Origin: Limnochordia bacterium | GTDB taxonomy: Bacteria; Bacillota; Limnochordia; DTU080 | Direction of reading: 5' to 3' | Assembly: GCA_050951545.1 (NCBI GenBank) | Contig: JBMNJG010000009.1 | Coordinates: 1-64,000, forward strand | Length of the DNA stretch: 64,000 nucleotides | Shown here: piece by piece, positions 43,904-53,555 of the stretch | How positions within the stretch are numbered: position 1 is the stretch's first letter | Layout: each line of letters begins with the position of its first letter | Program-made: the position numbers and the translations under genes | Notes under the pieces: generated by a model | What the model was told of the DNA's origin: nothing | Seen by the model: only the letters and a program-made list of their open reading frames with translations | Databases searched by the model: none

Positions 43904-45184
43904 TCATGAACTCGAGCGGCGCTCACCAGTCCCGTGCAAAGGCAATTTGAGCGATGACCCGGTAAAGCTAATCTCCGGTCGGGTGATCATCTCTCTGAGG
44001 ACCAAACAGTAGGCACCCATTACCAGTGCCTTCTCTTTGAGACTGGCCATCAGTATGGGAACCCCTCTGTGGGCGCGAAGGAAAGCCCGTTGTTCTACCA
44101 CTTCCCGCACGGGGTTCAACACGAGATCACCAGCCAGACAGATTCGTCCACCGATGACCACTGCCTCAGGGTCCACACTGTTCAACATGTTGACAATACC
44201 CGCTCCAAGCGCTTGCCCTACGCTCTCCAAGGCCTTGAGCGCTACACCGTCCCCTTGGCTGGCCGCCTCCACCACCGAAGCAAACGACATCCCTGAGGAG
44301 ATATCTGACAGCCTGCTCGGTTGGCCGGCCTGTATGGCCCGTTGAGCGGCGAGCACTGCAGCCTGCGGAGATGCATACAGCTCCAGGCATCCACGGTTGC
44401 CACACCCGCAACGAGGACCGTCCAGCTGAATCGTCGTGTGACCTATCTCGCCCGCCGCATTATGCGCTCCCCGGTAGACATCGCCGCCCATCACGATACT
44501 GCCACCTACGCCAGTATCCACAAGCAGGCAAACGAAGTCGCTCAGACCTTGGGCAACACCAAACCACATCTCTGCCAAGGCCATGGCATTCGCATCGTTG
44601 TCGACGAATGTAGGCAGACCGGTTAGTGTCTCAATCTGGTCACGGAAAGTGCTCTTCGGCCAGGCCAGAAGGTGAGGAGCTGATGCCAAGGCACCCTCCT
44701 CCATACCATCAAACACGCCGGGCGCGTTGATGCCTGCCCCGATGATCTTCCTTGCTTCAGCCGGATTCTCAGCGAGCACAGAGTTGATCAGTGCGGCGAT
44801 TGTCTGGGTGATCTCGCCTACGGGCTGCGCCAAACAGATCTTCTGACGTCTGTCGCCGACAGTCTCTTGCATGTTGAGATCCGTGAGCACGACCAACACG
44901 CTCTGCCGCGAGAGACTCACCGCCACTACACAGCCGCGGTCTGGGCGCAAGCGCAGCATTGTCATGGGACGTCCCCGAGGCATGGACTTGGTGCCAGCCT
45001 CTTCTACCAGCCCCTGGTCTATTAGCTCGCGCACAATATGGGTGACGGTGGCCGGATTGAGGCCGCTCGCCCGCGCCAGCTCGCTACGAGAGATGCGCCC
45101 GACCTGTCTGATGCTGCTGAAGATCGCGGCGCGGTTGTTCAACCTGACATCAGTCAGATTCCTACCCTGGACAGACCTTCTCAT
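43904..45184 (-). CDS. ROK family transcriptional regulator
   Basis: HTH ISRSELARASGLNPATVT; DNDANAMALAE, GEIGH, CGCGNRGCLE. Confidence 0.93.
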   Translation of the reverse strand: MRRSVQGRNLTDVRLNNRAAIFSSIRQVGRISRSELARASGLNPATVTHIVRELIDQGLVEEAGTKSMPRGRPMTMLRLRPDRGCVVAVSLSRQSVLVVLTDLNMQETVGDRRQKICLAQPVGEITQTIAALINSVLAENPAEARKIIGAGINAPGVFDGMEEGALASAPHLLAWPKSTFRDQIETLTGLPTFVDNDANAMALAEMWFGVAQGLSDFVCLLVDTGVGGSIVMGGDVYRGAHNAAGEIGHTTIQLDGPRCGCGNRGCLELYASPQAAVLAAQRAIQAGQPSRLSDISSGMSFASVVEAASQGDGVALKALESVGQALGAGIVNMLNSVDPEAVVIGGRICLAGDLVLNPVREVVEQRAFLRAHRGVPILMASLKEKALVMGAYCLVLREMITRPEISFTGSSLKLPLHGTGERRSSS

Positions 45185-45210
45185 GACCAAACCCCCAACC
45201 CTTGCCACAT

Positions 45211-46236
45211 CTACCCTCGTCTTCGGTAATGCGCCAATACTTCATCCGGAATGGCTGTGCCCGTGGTTCCCAGCTTGCGAATGGTGATGGATGCAATCAG
45301 GTTCCCCAGAAAGGCAGCCTCTGTACGGCTGGCCCCACAGGCGAGAGCGCAAACCATTCCTGCAGTGGTGGCATCACCCGCCCCGACGACATCAATCGGC
45401 CCCTCCACGTGAATTGCTGGCACTTCCTGTACCATGGCTCCTTCCACCACCAGCTGGCCATGCGGGCCCAGAGTCACAAAGACAGGACGTCGGGTTCGCT
45501 CAGCCAAGGCCAGGGCGCTGCGTCGGACAGTATCTTCGGAGGCCTCCGCTGGCTCCGCCGGGAAGACAGCACAGACGCTCTCGTATTGGTTACACTTGAT
45601 GATCACATCCTCGAATTCCCCAATGCGACTGCGTGAGTCAGCAACAATAGGCAAAGCAGGATGGGTACGACCTAGTTGCTGTAGACTCTCACGCACCCGC
45701 TGCGTAATGACACCGCATTCGGGTTCAGTCACCTGATCTAACACGATCACCGCGTCGACCTGAGGCACCAATTTGAGCAGGCTCCAGATCATGCGCTCCT
45801 GAAGGGCTGGAGGTGTGGGACTCCAGTTCTTGATGTCAAGGCGATTGATCTCTCGTTCGCCCTCGGGCTCGCGTACCATGGGCTTGGTGTAGGTGGGCGT
45901 CGTTCGGTCTCCGGCAGCAACGAGATGATCCGTCACAACCCCCGTCTGCTGCAACGCCCGCCGTAGCTCGTAACCTTCGCCATCGTCGCCCACAATGCCC
46001 AAAGCCACCACATGGCCCACGCCAAGTGCCCGCAGGTTGTTGGTCACTGTCCCCGCTGCTCCCGCCTGTGCCCGTTCCTCTATTACCTGGTAGGCCACCA
46101 ACCCGGTCTCCAACGACAGCTCGTCGCGTGCGGGGTCAATGATCAGATACCTGTCTAGGAAGAAATCACCGACCACGAGTACAGAGATCTCCGGTAGCTT
46201 GGCCAGGATCCCCTGCAACCGCTGATACGTCATCAT
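45211..46236 (-). CDS. PfkB-family carbohydrate kinase (HldE/RfaE kinase-like)
   Basis: VLVVGDFFLD, GAAGTV..NL.ALG, DVVGAGD. Confidence 0.88.
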   Translation of the reverse strand: MMTYQRLQGILAKLPEISVLVVGDFFLDRYLIIDPARDELSLETGLVAYQVIEERAQAGAAGTVTNNLRALGVGHVVALGIVGDDGEGYELRRALQQTGVVTDHLVAAGDRTTPTYTKPMVREPEGEREINRLDIKNWSPTPPALQERMIWSLLKLVPQVDAVIVLDQVTEPECGVITQRVRESLQQLGRTHPALPIVADSRSRIGEFEDVIIKCNQYESVCAVFPAEPAEASEDTVRRSALALAERTRRPVFVTLGPHGQLVVEGAMVQEVPAIHVEGPIDVVGAGDATTAGMVCALACGASRTEAAFLGNLIASITIRKLGTTGTAIPDEVLAHYRRRG

Positions 46237-46257
46237 AGCCGCCCATCCCCCCGCTAT

Positions 46258-47220
46258 CTAGCCTGCCAACAGCTTCTTGGCGAGGTTACCAAGTGTCGCC
46301 CGATGGTCGCCTCGCAGGTAAAAGCTCTCTCCACCGTCGGCTACCGTGCGCACCAAAATGGTTTTCCACGGACGAAAGAAGTAGCGGTAATCCGACTTTT
46401 CCGGCTGCACCCGGGACTCAGCACTATCTAGGGGAAACAGATCGCCTACTGCTGAGGTAAAATGGGCGATGCGTTTGCCCTGATTGCTGGCCACATTACG
46501 GGCCATCGCCAGTGCTTTCAGATAGACCTCCGGTCCGGTAACCGCCGATCCGATATTCAGAAAGACGCCGCCTTCCAGGTTCGTGACGGACTGAGTGAAG
46601 ATGAGAAAGTCGCGATAGGAAGCTTCACCGAGTGCTGCCCCGTCGCACGACGGATGCTCGTGGATGATATCGCAGCCGATGCCGACATGTACTGTCACTG
46701 GCACTTGCAGACGATAACCCGTAGCGAACAGGCTGATATCCCGGTATGGAAACTGCTCCTCTTGGATCATCTTGCCCACCGCTTCGCCGAAGCCGAGACC
46801 CTCTCGTTGGCCGTTTTTCACTGCCCGGTTGATCTCACCAGTCTCAGCCCACAATCCAAACTCGCCCGTACGGATATAGCGGGACACGCTCTCGGTCGTG
46901 GCTCCGATTAACGCAAACTCGAAGTCGTGAATGGCCCCCGCCCCATTGAGTGCGAAGTGGGTGACGTACTTTTGGCGCATCAGTTCGATCAAGAAGCGTG
47001 ACAGCCCGCTGCGAATGACATGCGCTCCCATCATGAGAATCACTGCGGCACCTCTCTCGCGGGAGGTAACAATCCGCTTGGCCAACATATCTAGGTTGGC
47101 GTCGGTGTATGGCGGCAAAGGATCATCAAGCTGCAAAATGCTGCTGACACTCAAGTCATGCACCCGTTCCGCCAACGGCTTCAGGCGCAGCTGGCTACGG
47201 TCAAACTCAGTGAAAGGCAC
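46258..47220 (-). CDS. Conserved hypothetical protein, deoxyhypusine-synthase-like fold
   Basis: MMGAHVIRSGL, NGAGAIHDFE, PVTVHVGIGCDIIHEHP, NIGSAVTGPEVYLKAL, GDH; fold assignment is recollection-based. Confidence 0.65.
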   Translation of the reverse strand: MPFTEFDRSQLRLKPLAERVHDLSVSSILQLDDPLPPYTDANLDMLAKRIVTSRERGAAVILMMGAHVIRSGLSRFLIELMRQKYVTHFALNGAGAIHDFEFALIGATTESVSRYIRTGEFGLWAETGEINRAVKNGQREGLGFGEAVGKMIQEEQFPYRDISLFATGYRLQVPVTVHVGIGCDIIHEHPSCDGAALGEASYRDFLIFTQSVTNLEGGVFLNIGSAVTGPEVYLKALAMARNVASNQGKRIAHFTSAVGDLFPLDSAESRVQPEKSDYRYFFRPWKTILVRTVADGGESFYLRGDHRATLGNLAKKLLAG

Positions 47221-47242
47221 AGGGCACCTCCCCAATCAGACG

Positions 47243-48079
47243 TTACTGCTCAGCGGGAAACAGATACTCCATCAGAGTCTGGGTCTGTGAAAACTCCGGA
47301 ATGATGATGTCAGCGCCAGCACGGATCAGGCGCTCGCGCTTCCACGGATCAATGCCATGTCGGCGCGCCTCATCAGAGGCTAATCCTACTGCGAAACCAC
47401 CCACCGCTTTCACATTCTCAATCTCTACAAAACCATCGCCCACCCCAAGAAGGTGCGAACCTGAGAGCCCATGCTCGGTCATGATCTTCTGGATCACTTT
47501 CGCCTTTGAGAACAGCTGGTATTGGTCTAGCGCCCCGTAGATCCCGCCGTCGAAGAACTGCGCTACACCTAAGGACGCTGCCTCAGCGAGCACATAGACC
47601 TCGTCGGTACCACTCGCCAGATACAGCTTGACCTCTCGAGTGCGCAATGCAGCTAGAAAGTCTAGCACCCCAGGAACAAGCAGCTCTGCAGGGGCGATGC
47701 TGCCATCTTTCAAGCCCTGCAGACGATGATCGATGCGTTGTAGTAGACGCCTGTGATACTCGTTCTTATACTCTAGAGGCTCCAGAGGGTGCCCCCCCAG
47801 GCGCCGGATCTCCTCCGCCAGGCGAATACACTGGTAGATGGTCTGTTTTCCCGTCAACTCATCTACGAAATCCCGTACATAACTCGATACCTGCTCCTGA
47901 CGGCCATCGGAGCCTACCTTCATCAGCAACTCGGTGAAGTAGGGCACCATCACGTCCTGCCAGCCCTGACGAATGAGACTGATGGTACCGTCGAAATCAA
48001 ACAACGCTGCCTTGAACTGGCCGCGTACCGCATCATCGCGCACAACCTCTATGCCCCACTTGTCGTCAGCACTCGCCAT
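47243..48079 (-). CDS. HAD family phosphatase
   Basis: FDFDGTISL (motif I), LASGT, GDGFVE; ATG after GGAGGT. Confidence 0.9.
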   Translation of the reverse strand: MASADDKWGIEVVRDDAVRGQFKAALFDFDGTISLIRQGWQDVMVPYFTELLMKVGSDGRQEQVSSYVRDFVDELTGKQTIYQCIRLAEEIRRLGGHPLEPLEYKNEYHRRLLQRIDHRLQGLKDGSIAPAELLVPGVLDFLAALRTREVKLYLASGTDEVYVLAEAASLGVAQFFDGGIYGALDQYQLFSKAKVIQKIMTEHGLSGSHLLGVGDGFVEIENVKAVGGFAVGLASDEARRHGIDPWKRERLIRAGADIIIPEFSQTQTLMEYLFPAEQ

Positions 48080-48142
48080 GACGATACCTCCGTATTTGCG
48101 GTTTCCTAAAGGCACGGCCACTTGGTTGATTGCTTCAAGAAA

Positions 48143-48171
48143 ATTATGGCCCACGGAACTTCCAATGTCAA
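48143..48171 (-). promoter_or_regulatory. Sigma-A/70 promoter of the HAD-DHS-like-PfkB-ROK operon
   Basis: TTGACA-17 nt-CATAAT on the minus strand, ~65 bp upstream of the ATG. Confidence 0.75.
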
Positions 48172-48512
48172 CCATATACTGGTACACTCTGGAAGCCATG
48201 GCCTCCATGCTATATCATAGTAGGGGCTGCACACAGCGTGGATTTTTCCTCGCAATGCTCGGCTCCAGCTGCTTTGGTGATCCGCGTAACAGAATCATAC
48301 TGTTACACAGGGCATTATGAAGACAGCCCGCAGCGTGCGATCAGCAACCAGCAGTAGGGGGGCGCATATGGAGGCCCAGCCACCACAACAGCCGCCCATG
48401 GTTGGGTGCAAGCACCACTGCTATGGAAGTACATCAGCAGTGCGATCTCCGACCACATACCCTGTCACAGCGCCTGCGCGCCGTGGGACGGTACTTGAAG
48501 GGGGAATCTTCT

Positions 48513-49118
48513 ATGATCCGACGCGTTGTCAGCTCTATGATCTTGATACTGGTACTTGTCACCGCTGCCGCCTCTGCTGGCACCATCCGCGGAGTGTCAG
48601 GGCTTATCGATATTCCCAATGCTGATGCCTTGGCACCGAGTTCGATCGAAACAGGTGTACATGTCGTAGATGGCAAAGCCGCTCTCTCAATCACCGTTGG
48701 ACTTGCTGCACGCTTGGAGGCCGGACTAAACACTAGCCTCAAAGACGGCTCTCTGGACTTCACGATGAAAGGTATCGTCATTCCGGAGACACACGACAAC
48801 CTCGGAATGGCTGTCGGCTACGATACTGGATCGCTGTACTTTGTCTTAAGCAAAGCCTTTAACGGACTCAGAGGACACATTGGCTTTGGCGATGGACGCT
48901 ACGGAGGAGTCTTTGCTGGCTTGTCTGCTTCACTAAGTCCCGTAACCGTATCTGCACCAGGCCAAATGCGCCCGACCACGCTCTTTCTACTCGAGCATAA
49001 CGGCCAAAGCCTCAGCGCAGGACTGCGCCTCGGAATTTCGCAAAACCTCAAAGCCGACCTGGCGATTGTGGACTTGGAGAAAGCTATGCTTGGTCTCAGC
49101 TACTCAACCCGCCTGTAG
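48513..49118 (+). CDS. YjbH-domain-like secreted / outer-membrane beta-barrel protein
   Basis: Signal peptide then GVSGLIDIPNADAL and alternating amphipathic strands (LEAGL, GHIGFG, LSAGLRL). Confidence 0.6.
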   Translation: MIRRVVSSMILILVLVTAAASAGTIRGVSGLIDIPNADALAPSSIETGVHVVDGKAALSITVGLAARLEAGLNTSLKDGSLDFTMKGIVIPETHDNLGMAVGYDTGSLYFVLSKAFNGLRGHIGFGDGRYGGVFAGLSASLSPVTVSAPGQMRPTTLFLLEHNGQSLSAGLRLGISQNLKADLAIVDLEKAMLGLSYSTRL

Positions 49119-49305
49119 GACGCCGACATGCCCGCACAGCGTAACACGATCTACCGGGGCGAAAGCCATCCCCTCACTTCCTGCCGCCGTAAGGCGGCTT
49201 TTCTCGTTCGTCGAGGCCTCGCCAGGCAGGAGCTCCCAAGAAACAGCAGAAAGTGAGAAAGGCCGACGCGCCAAACACGACTCCATTGTCCAGGGAGGAT
49301 CTTCT

Positions 49306-50325
49306 ATGGAACGCGTGCTTCTGGTGGCACCTCACGTCGTGGTGATAGACGAAGTCTGCCCACCACAACCTGAACTCGGTGAAGTGCTCGTCCAGGTCGA
49401 TGTCGTAGGTATCTGCGGTTCAGACATCCATGCCTACCATGGACGTCACCCCTTCATCAGCCTGCCAGTCATCCCAGGCCACGAGTTCGCTGGCACCGTA
49501 GTGGCCACAGGCGATGGGGTGGACCGTGATTGGATCGGCCGCCGGGTCACAGCAGTTCCTTCATTGATATGCGGGAAATGCTACAACTGTCGCCACGGGC
49601 GCTACAACATCTGCAACGAACTGCGCGTCTTGGGTTGCCAAGCCGACGGAGCAATGGCCGAGTTGGTCCGAGTACCCGCTGCCATGCTGGTTGAGCTCCC
49701 CGGCGACATGTCCTTCGAGACAGGGGCCCTCGTCGAACCATTAGCGGTAGCCGTGGGAGCGCTCCATCGCGCAGAAACAGTAGCTGGGCGCCGGGCCGTC
49801 GTCTTTGGTGCGGGAACGATCGGCCTTCTCGTCACCCAGGTGGCCAAAGCACACGGGGCACGAGAGGTGGTGGTCATTGAACCGCAGGCCAATCGTCGCA
49901 ACCTCGCCCTGAACCTTGGAGCCGATATCGCTGTAGATCCTACCCGTGAGGATGTGGTCGCTTGGGCGCACGGCAAATACGGCCTGGACGGCATTGACTT
50001 GTCGTTCGAGTGCGTCGGAGTAGCAGCTACCGTCAACACTGCCATCCGGATCAACCGTAAAGGAACCCGCGTCATTGTGGTTGGCGTCTTCGAAGAGGAT
50101 GCGAGTATCGCCATGGGCCTGGTGCAGGATCGGGAGATAGAACTAGTCGGAACTCTTATGTACCGCAAGGAGCACTTTGGCGAAGCAATCTGGCTACTTC
50201 AGTCTGGAAAGGTCCAGGCAGATCCACTTATCACGCAGCGCTTTCCGCTGACAGAGGCAGCCCGAGCCTTCGCCGAGCTGACGCAGGATGGGTCGCCAAC
50301 CGTTAAGGCCACTCTGCAGCTGTAA
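49306..50325 (+). CDS. Zn-dependent alcohol/polyol dehydrogenase
   Basis: GICGSD, GHE, CGKCYNC...C, VEPLAV, GAGTIG. Confidence 0.93.
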   Translation: MERVLLVAPHVVVIDEVCPPQPELGEVLVQVDVVGICGSDIHAYHGRHPFISLPVIPGHEFAGTVVATGDGVDRDWIGRRVTAVPSLICGKCYNCRHGRYNICNELRVLGCQADGAMAELVRVPAAMLVELPGDMSFETGALVEPLAVAVGALHRAETVAGRRAVVFGAGTIGLLVTQVAKAHGAREVVVIEPQANRRNLALNLGADIAVDPTREDVVAWAHGKYGLDGIDLSFECVGVAATVNTAIRINRKGTRVIVVGVFEEDASIAMGLVQDREIELVGTLMYRKEHFGEAIWLLQSGKVQADPLITQRFPLTEAARAFAELTQDGSPTVKATLQL

Positions 50326-50379
50326 CGCTGGAAGACGTTCAAACCCACGCTTCCTTCTTCAGGCAACCACAAACTGGAG

Positions 50380-51603
50380 GTGAGCGACCTGGTTGAGTCC
50401 GACCGCCACATATTGCGGGAGTTGGCCACCCGTTATCTTGAGATCTGCTACGGTCCATCGCAAACTGAGAAGCGACGACTCTGGCGCCAACTCCACAGCC
50501 TCAGACCCACACAACCTCTGATCTATGTACGAGCATTTGCTTGGTCAGAAATGCCCGAGAGCAAGTGCGGTTGTACAGATCCTTTTCTCCGTCAGTTTGA
50601 GGCTTTTTTCCGGCAGTCGCTCTTCCGTCATAGTCTCGACGACGATTTCATCTTCGAGCCATGGGTCAGTGTGCCCGCGGTCTATCGCTGCACGGGTTGG
50701 GGTGTCGAAGGAACCCGCCAACACTCAACTGAGGCACGGGGTTCTTGGAAGATGCAGTACCCGCTGCATAGCTATGAAGATCTGAGCAAGCTACGCCCGC
50801 CCTGGCATGAGATAGATGAGGAAAAGACGGCTGCCAGAGTAGCCCGCCTGCAGGATCTCATCGGTGATATCCTCACGATCAACGCCGAGAGGGGCCCAGC
50901 CTACAGGATGTGGGCTGGAGATATCTCAACCCACTTGGGCTATCTGCGGGGCATTGAGCATTTCATGCTCGACATGTATGACAACCCCGAGGGACTACAT
51001 AAGCTCTGCTCATTTCTGGGAGCGGGAGTGCTGCGCACGCACGACCAAGCCGAGGCCGCCGGGGATTGGGACCTGTCATGTCACCAGAACCAGGCCATGC
51101 CCTACGCAGAAGAGCTACCTGATCCAACCGCTAACGTGCGAGGAGTCTCACGCAAGCAACTATGGTGCTTTATGGCGGCCCAGGAATTTGCCACAGTCTC
51201 CCCCCAGATGCATGAAGAGTTCCTTCTCCGCTACCAGCTCCCCATATTGGAGCAGTTCGGCCTGACGGCCTACGGTTGTTGCGAGGATCTGACGCGAAAG
51301 ATATCTATGCTGCGGCAGATCCCCAATTTGAGGCGCATAGCAGTGGCTCCCTCTGCCAATGTAGCCTCTTGTGTTGAGCAAATTGGTACCGACTACGTGA
51401 TCAGCTATCGGCCAAGTCCGGTCGACATGGTCGGCTATGGCTGGGATGAGCCACGGGTCAGACGCATTCTTAAGGAAGATCTCGATGTACTGCAAGGCTG
51501 TCTCTTCGATATCACGCTAAAAGACGTGGAGACCGTGCAATACGATCCAGCCCGTGTCCGCAGATGGGTGCAAGTGGTCCGAGAACTCACAGGGACCGCG
51601 TGA
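50380..51603 (+). CDS. UroD/methyltransferase-fold hypothetical protein
   Basis: LRGIEHFMLDMYDNPE, VSPQMHEEF, YGCCEDL, SYRPSP. Confidence 0.7.
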   Translation: MSDLVESDRHILRELATRYLEICYGPSQTEKRRLWRQLHSLRPTQPLIYVRAFAWSEMPESKCGCTDPFLRQFEAFFRQSLFRHSLDDDFIFEPWVSVPAVYRCTGWGVEGTRQHSTEARGSWKMQYPLHSYEDLSKLRPPWHEIDEEKTAARVARLQDLIGDILTINAERGPAYRMWAGDISTHLGYLRGIEHFMLDMYDNPEGLHKLCSFLGAGVLRTHDQAEAAGDWDLSCHQNQAMPYAEELPDPTANVRGVSRKQLWCFMAAQEFATVSPQMHEEFLLRYQLPILEQFGLTAYGCCEDLTRKISMLRQIPNLRRIAVAPSANVASCVEQIGTDYVISYRPSPVDMVGYGWDEPRVRRILKEDLDVLQGCLFDITLKDVETVQYDPARVRRWVQVVRELTGTA

Positions 51604-51668
51604 CGACCCCCTGGACTGAAGCCCAAGGCTGTCAGCGCAGCACTGTCCCCTAAGGTCCTGTTCCACCC

Positions 51669-53399
51669 TCAGTCACGCAGTGCTCTGCTGACCTCCATGA
51701 ATTCCGCCTCCATTTGGGCCACCTGCTCAGCATCGGCGGCACTGCCTAACTGCGCGGCAAGCCAGGCACGGCGGTTTTCCAGCAGTAGACGTTCGTCGGC
51801 TGAAAGAACTCGGCCCTTGTCAACACTGTCTGCTGAGACCTGAGCTTGAGTTCGCCAGTCGAGATACTCCCTGTAAGTCCCAGGATACGTCAGCACTCTT
51901 CCATCAGTAATAGCCAGGATCTTGGTGCAGACGGTTTGCATCAGATAGCGGTCATGCGTGACAACAATCATGGTGCCATCGTAGGCCTGCAAGGCCTCTT
52001 CCACCTGCTCCCTAGCGGGAATGTCGAGGTGGTTCGTCGGCTCGTCGAGCATCAGGATGTTGTGATCACCGAGCAACAGCCTGATAAGTGCTATCCGCCG
52101 CCGCTCACCCTCGCTCAACACGGCCAACGGCTTTTCCCAGTCGCTCTGTGTGAACAGAAACAAGGCTAGCGTGTGACGGACTCGTTGGTGACATTCGGGC
52201 GTTCTCCAGCTGAACAGACTCAAGACGCTGTCGAGCACGGAGATATCTCCCCTGAGTTGGTGCATCTCCTGCTCCAGGAAACCTGGCCTTAGGCTTGGAG
52301 AGACCCAGACAGTCCCCCACGTCGGTGGCTCGAGGCCGAGCAGAACGCGCAGCAGAGTGGTCTTTCCTGCCCCATTGGGTCCAACCAAACCGATCTTGTC
52401 ACCACGCGTGATGGCGAAATCGGCGCCGCGAAAAAGAGTACGGGCAAAGGCCTTCCCCAACCCCTCGGCCAAAAGCAGGCGTGTGCCCAACCGCTCATCA
52501 CTAGACAACTCAAGTGAGATGGCCTTCTCCGGTCTCGGCTTGGCGGTTGCAGCAGACTTCATGCGCTCTAGCCGTTTGATCGTGGCCTTTGCCCGAGCCG
52601 CCGTCTTCTTCGCTCGTGCCCGGTAGAAGTCGTGTTGACCAGCCTGTCGGTGGGCCAGGTGAAACCAGCGCATCTGGCGGGCGATGTTCTCCTCGATGCG
52701 TCGGATCTGTTTCTGTTCTTTCCGGTGTTGACGGGCCTGGCGCTCTACAGCCTCCTGCTTCTGCCTACGGTAGTCACTGTAATTGCCGCTGTAGTCGCCT
52801 AGCCCAGTCGGCGAAAGCTCTAGCACGCGCCTAGCCACTTGGTCGAGGAAATAGCGATCATGAGAGATGGTCACGATAGTATACGGATAGGTGCTGACAA
52901 TCTTTGCTAGGCGCTCACAGCCCTCCTGGTCGAGATGGTTGGTGGGCTCATCGAGCACCAGGAGATCGGGCAACGATAGCCAACAGCGAGCAAGCACCAA
53001 GCGGCTTTTTTGCCCTCCACTGAGCTGAGCTAGAGGCAAGGCCGCTTCTTCATCGCCAAAGCCAAAACGCCCCAAAGCCTCCGAAACCGAACAGCGGATT
53101 GCAGCACCGAGCACTTGCTCTTCTGCCGTCAGAACGCTTCGGGCGCAACCGTGCGCTGGCAACTCCAACGCCTGAGGCAGGTAACCCATGACCAGCGCAT
53201 CGTCAAGACACCGGACAGTCCCGGAGGTAGCTGGCTCAAGGCCGAGAATCATGCGAACCAATGTAGTCTTGCCGATTCCGTTGGGCCCGACAAGAGCGAT
53301 GCGTTCATTCGAGCCAATCGAGAAGTTAAGGTCAGAAAAGAGAGAGCGCTGACCAAAGGTTTTTGCTAGATTCATGACCTGTATTAGGGCTTGACCCAA
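51669..53399 (-). CDS. ABC-F family ATPase (ribosomal-protection-like)
   Basis: Two NBDs (GPNGIGKT/LSGGQ/LDEPTNHLD; GPNGAGKT/LSEGE/LDEPTNHLD), long basic interdomain linker, no TM segments; TTG start after GGGGGTG. Confidence 0.92.
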   Translation of the reverse strand: MGQALIQVMNLAKTFGQRSLFSDLNFSIGSNERIALVGPNGIGKTTLVRMILGLEPATSGTVRCLDDALVMGYLPQALELPAHGCARSVLTAEEQVLGAAIRCSVSEALGRFGFGDEEAALPLAQLSGGQKSRLVLARCWLSLPDLLVLDEPTNHLDQEGCERLAKIVSTYPYTIVTISHDRYFLDQVARRVLELSPTGLGDYSGNYSDYRRQKQEAVERQARQHRKEQKQIRRIEENIARQMRWFHLAHRQAGQHDFYRARAKKTAARAKATIKRLERMKSAATAKPRPEKAISLELSSDERLGTRLLLAEGLGKAFARTLFRGADFAITRGDKIGLVGPNGAGKTTLLRVLLGLEPPTWGTVWVSPSLRPGFLEQEMHQLRGDISVLDSVLSLFSWRTPECHQRVRHTLALFLFTQSDWEKPLAVLSEGERRRIALIRLLLGDHNILMLDEPTNHLDIPAREQVEEALQAYDGTMIVVTHDRYLMQTVCTKILAITDGRVLTYPGTYREYLDWRTQAQVSADSVDKGRVLSADERLLLENRRAWLAAQLGSAADAEQVAQMEAEFMEVSRALRD

Positions 53400-53510
53400 G
53401 AGAAACACCCCCACTGCTGTGTAGGGGTAAGCAGCGCAGGGGCATGCGCTCAGATGGGCCGATCCGTGCGAAGGATAAGGGAAGCCGCGACACGACAGAC
53501 CTCTACGCTC

Positions 53511-53555
53511 TCACCCTAGTATGTGGTTCGAGACAAAACAGCGATCAGTCCGCAT
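53511..53555 (-). promoter_or_regulatory. Leader uORF (MRTDRCFVSNHILG) upstream of the ABC-F gene
   Basis: AAGGGAGA RBS 5 nt before ATG; 14 codons plus TGA. Confidence 0.55.
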
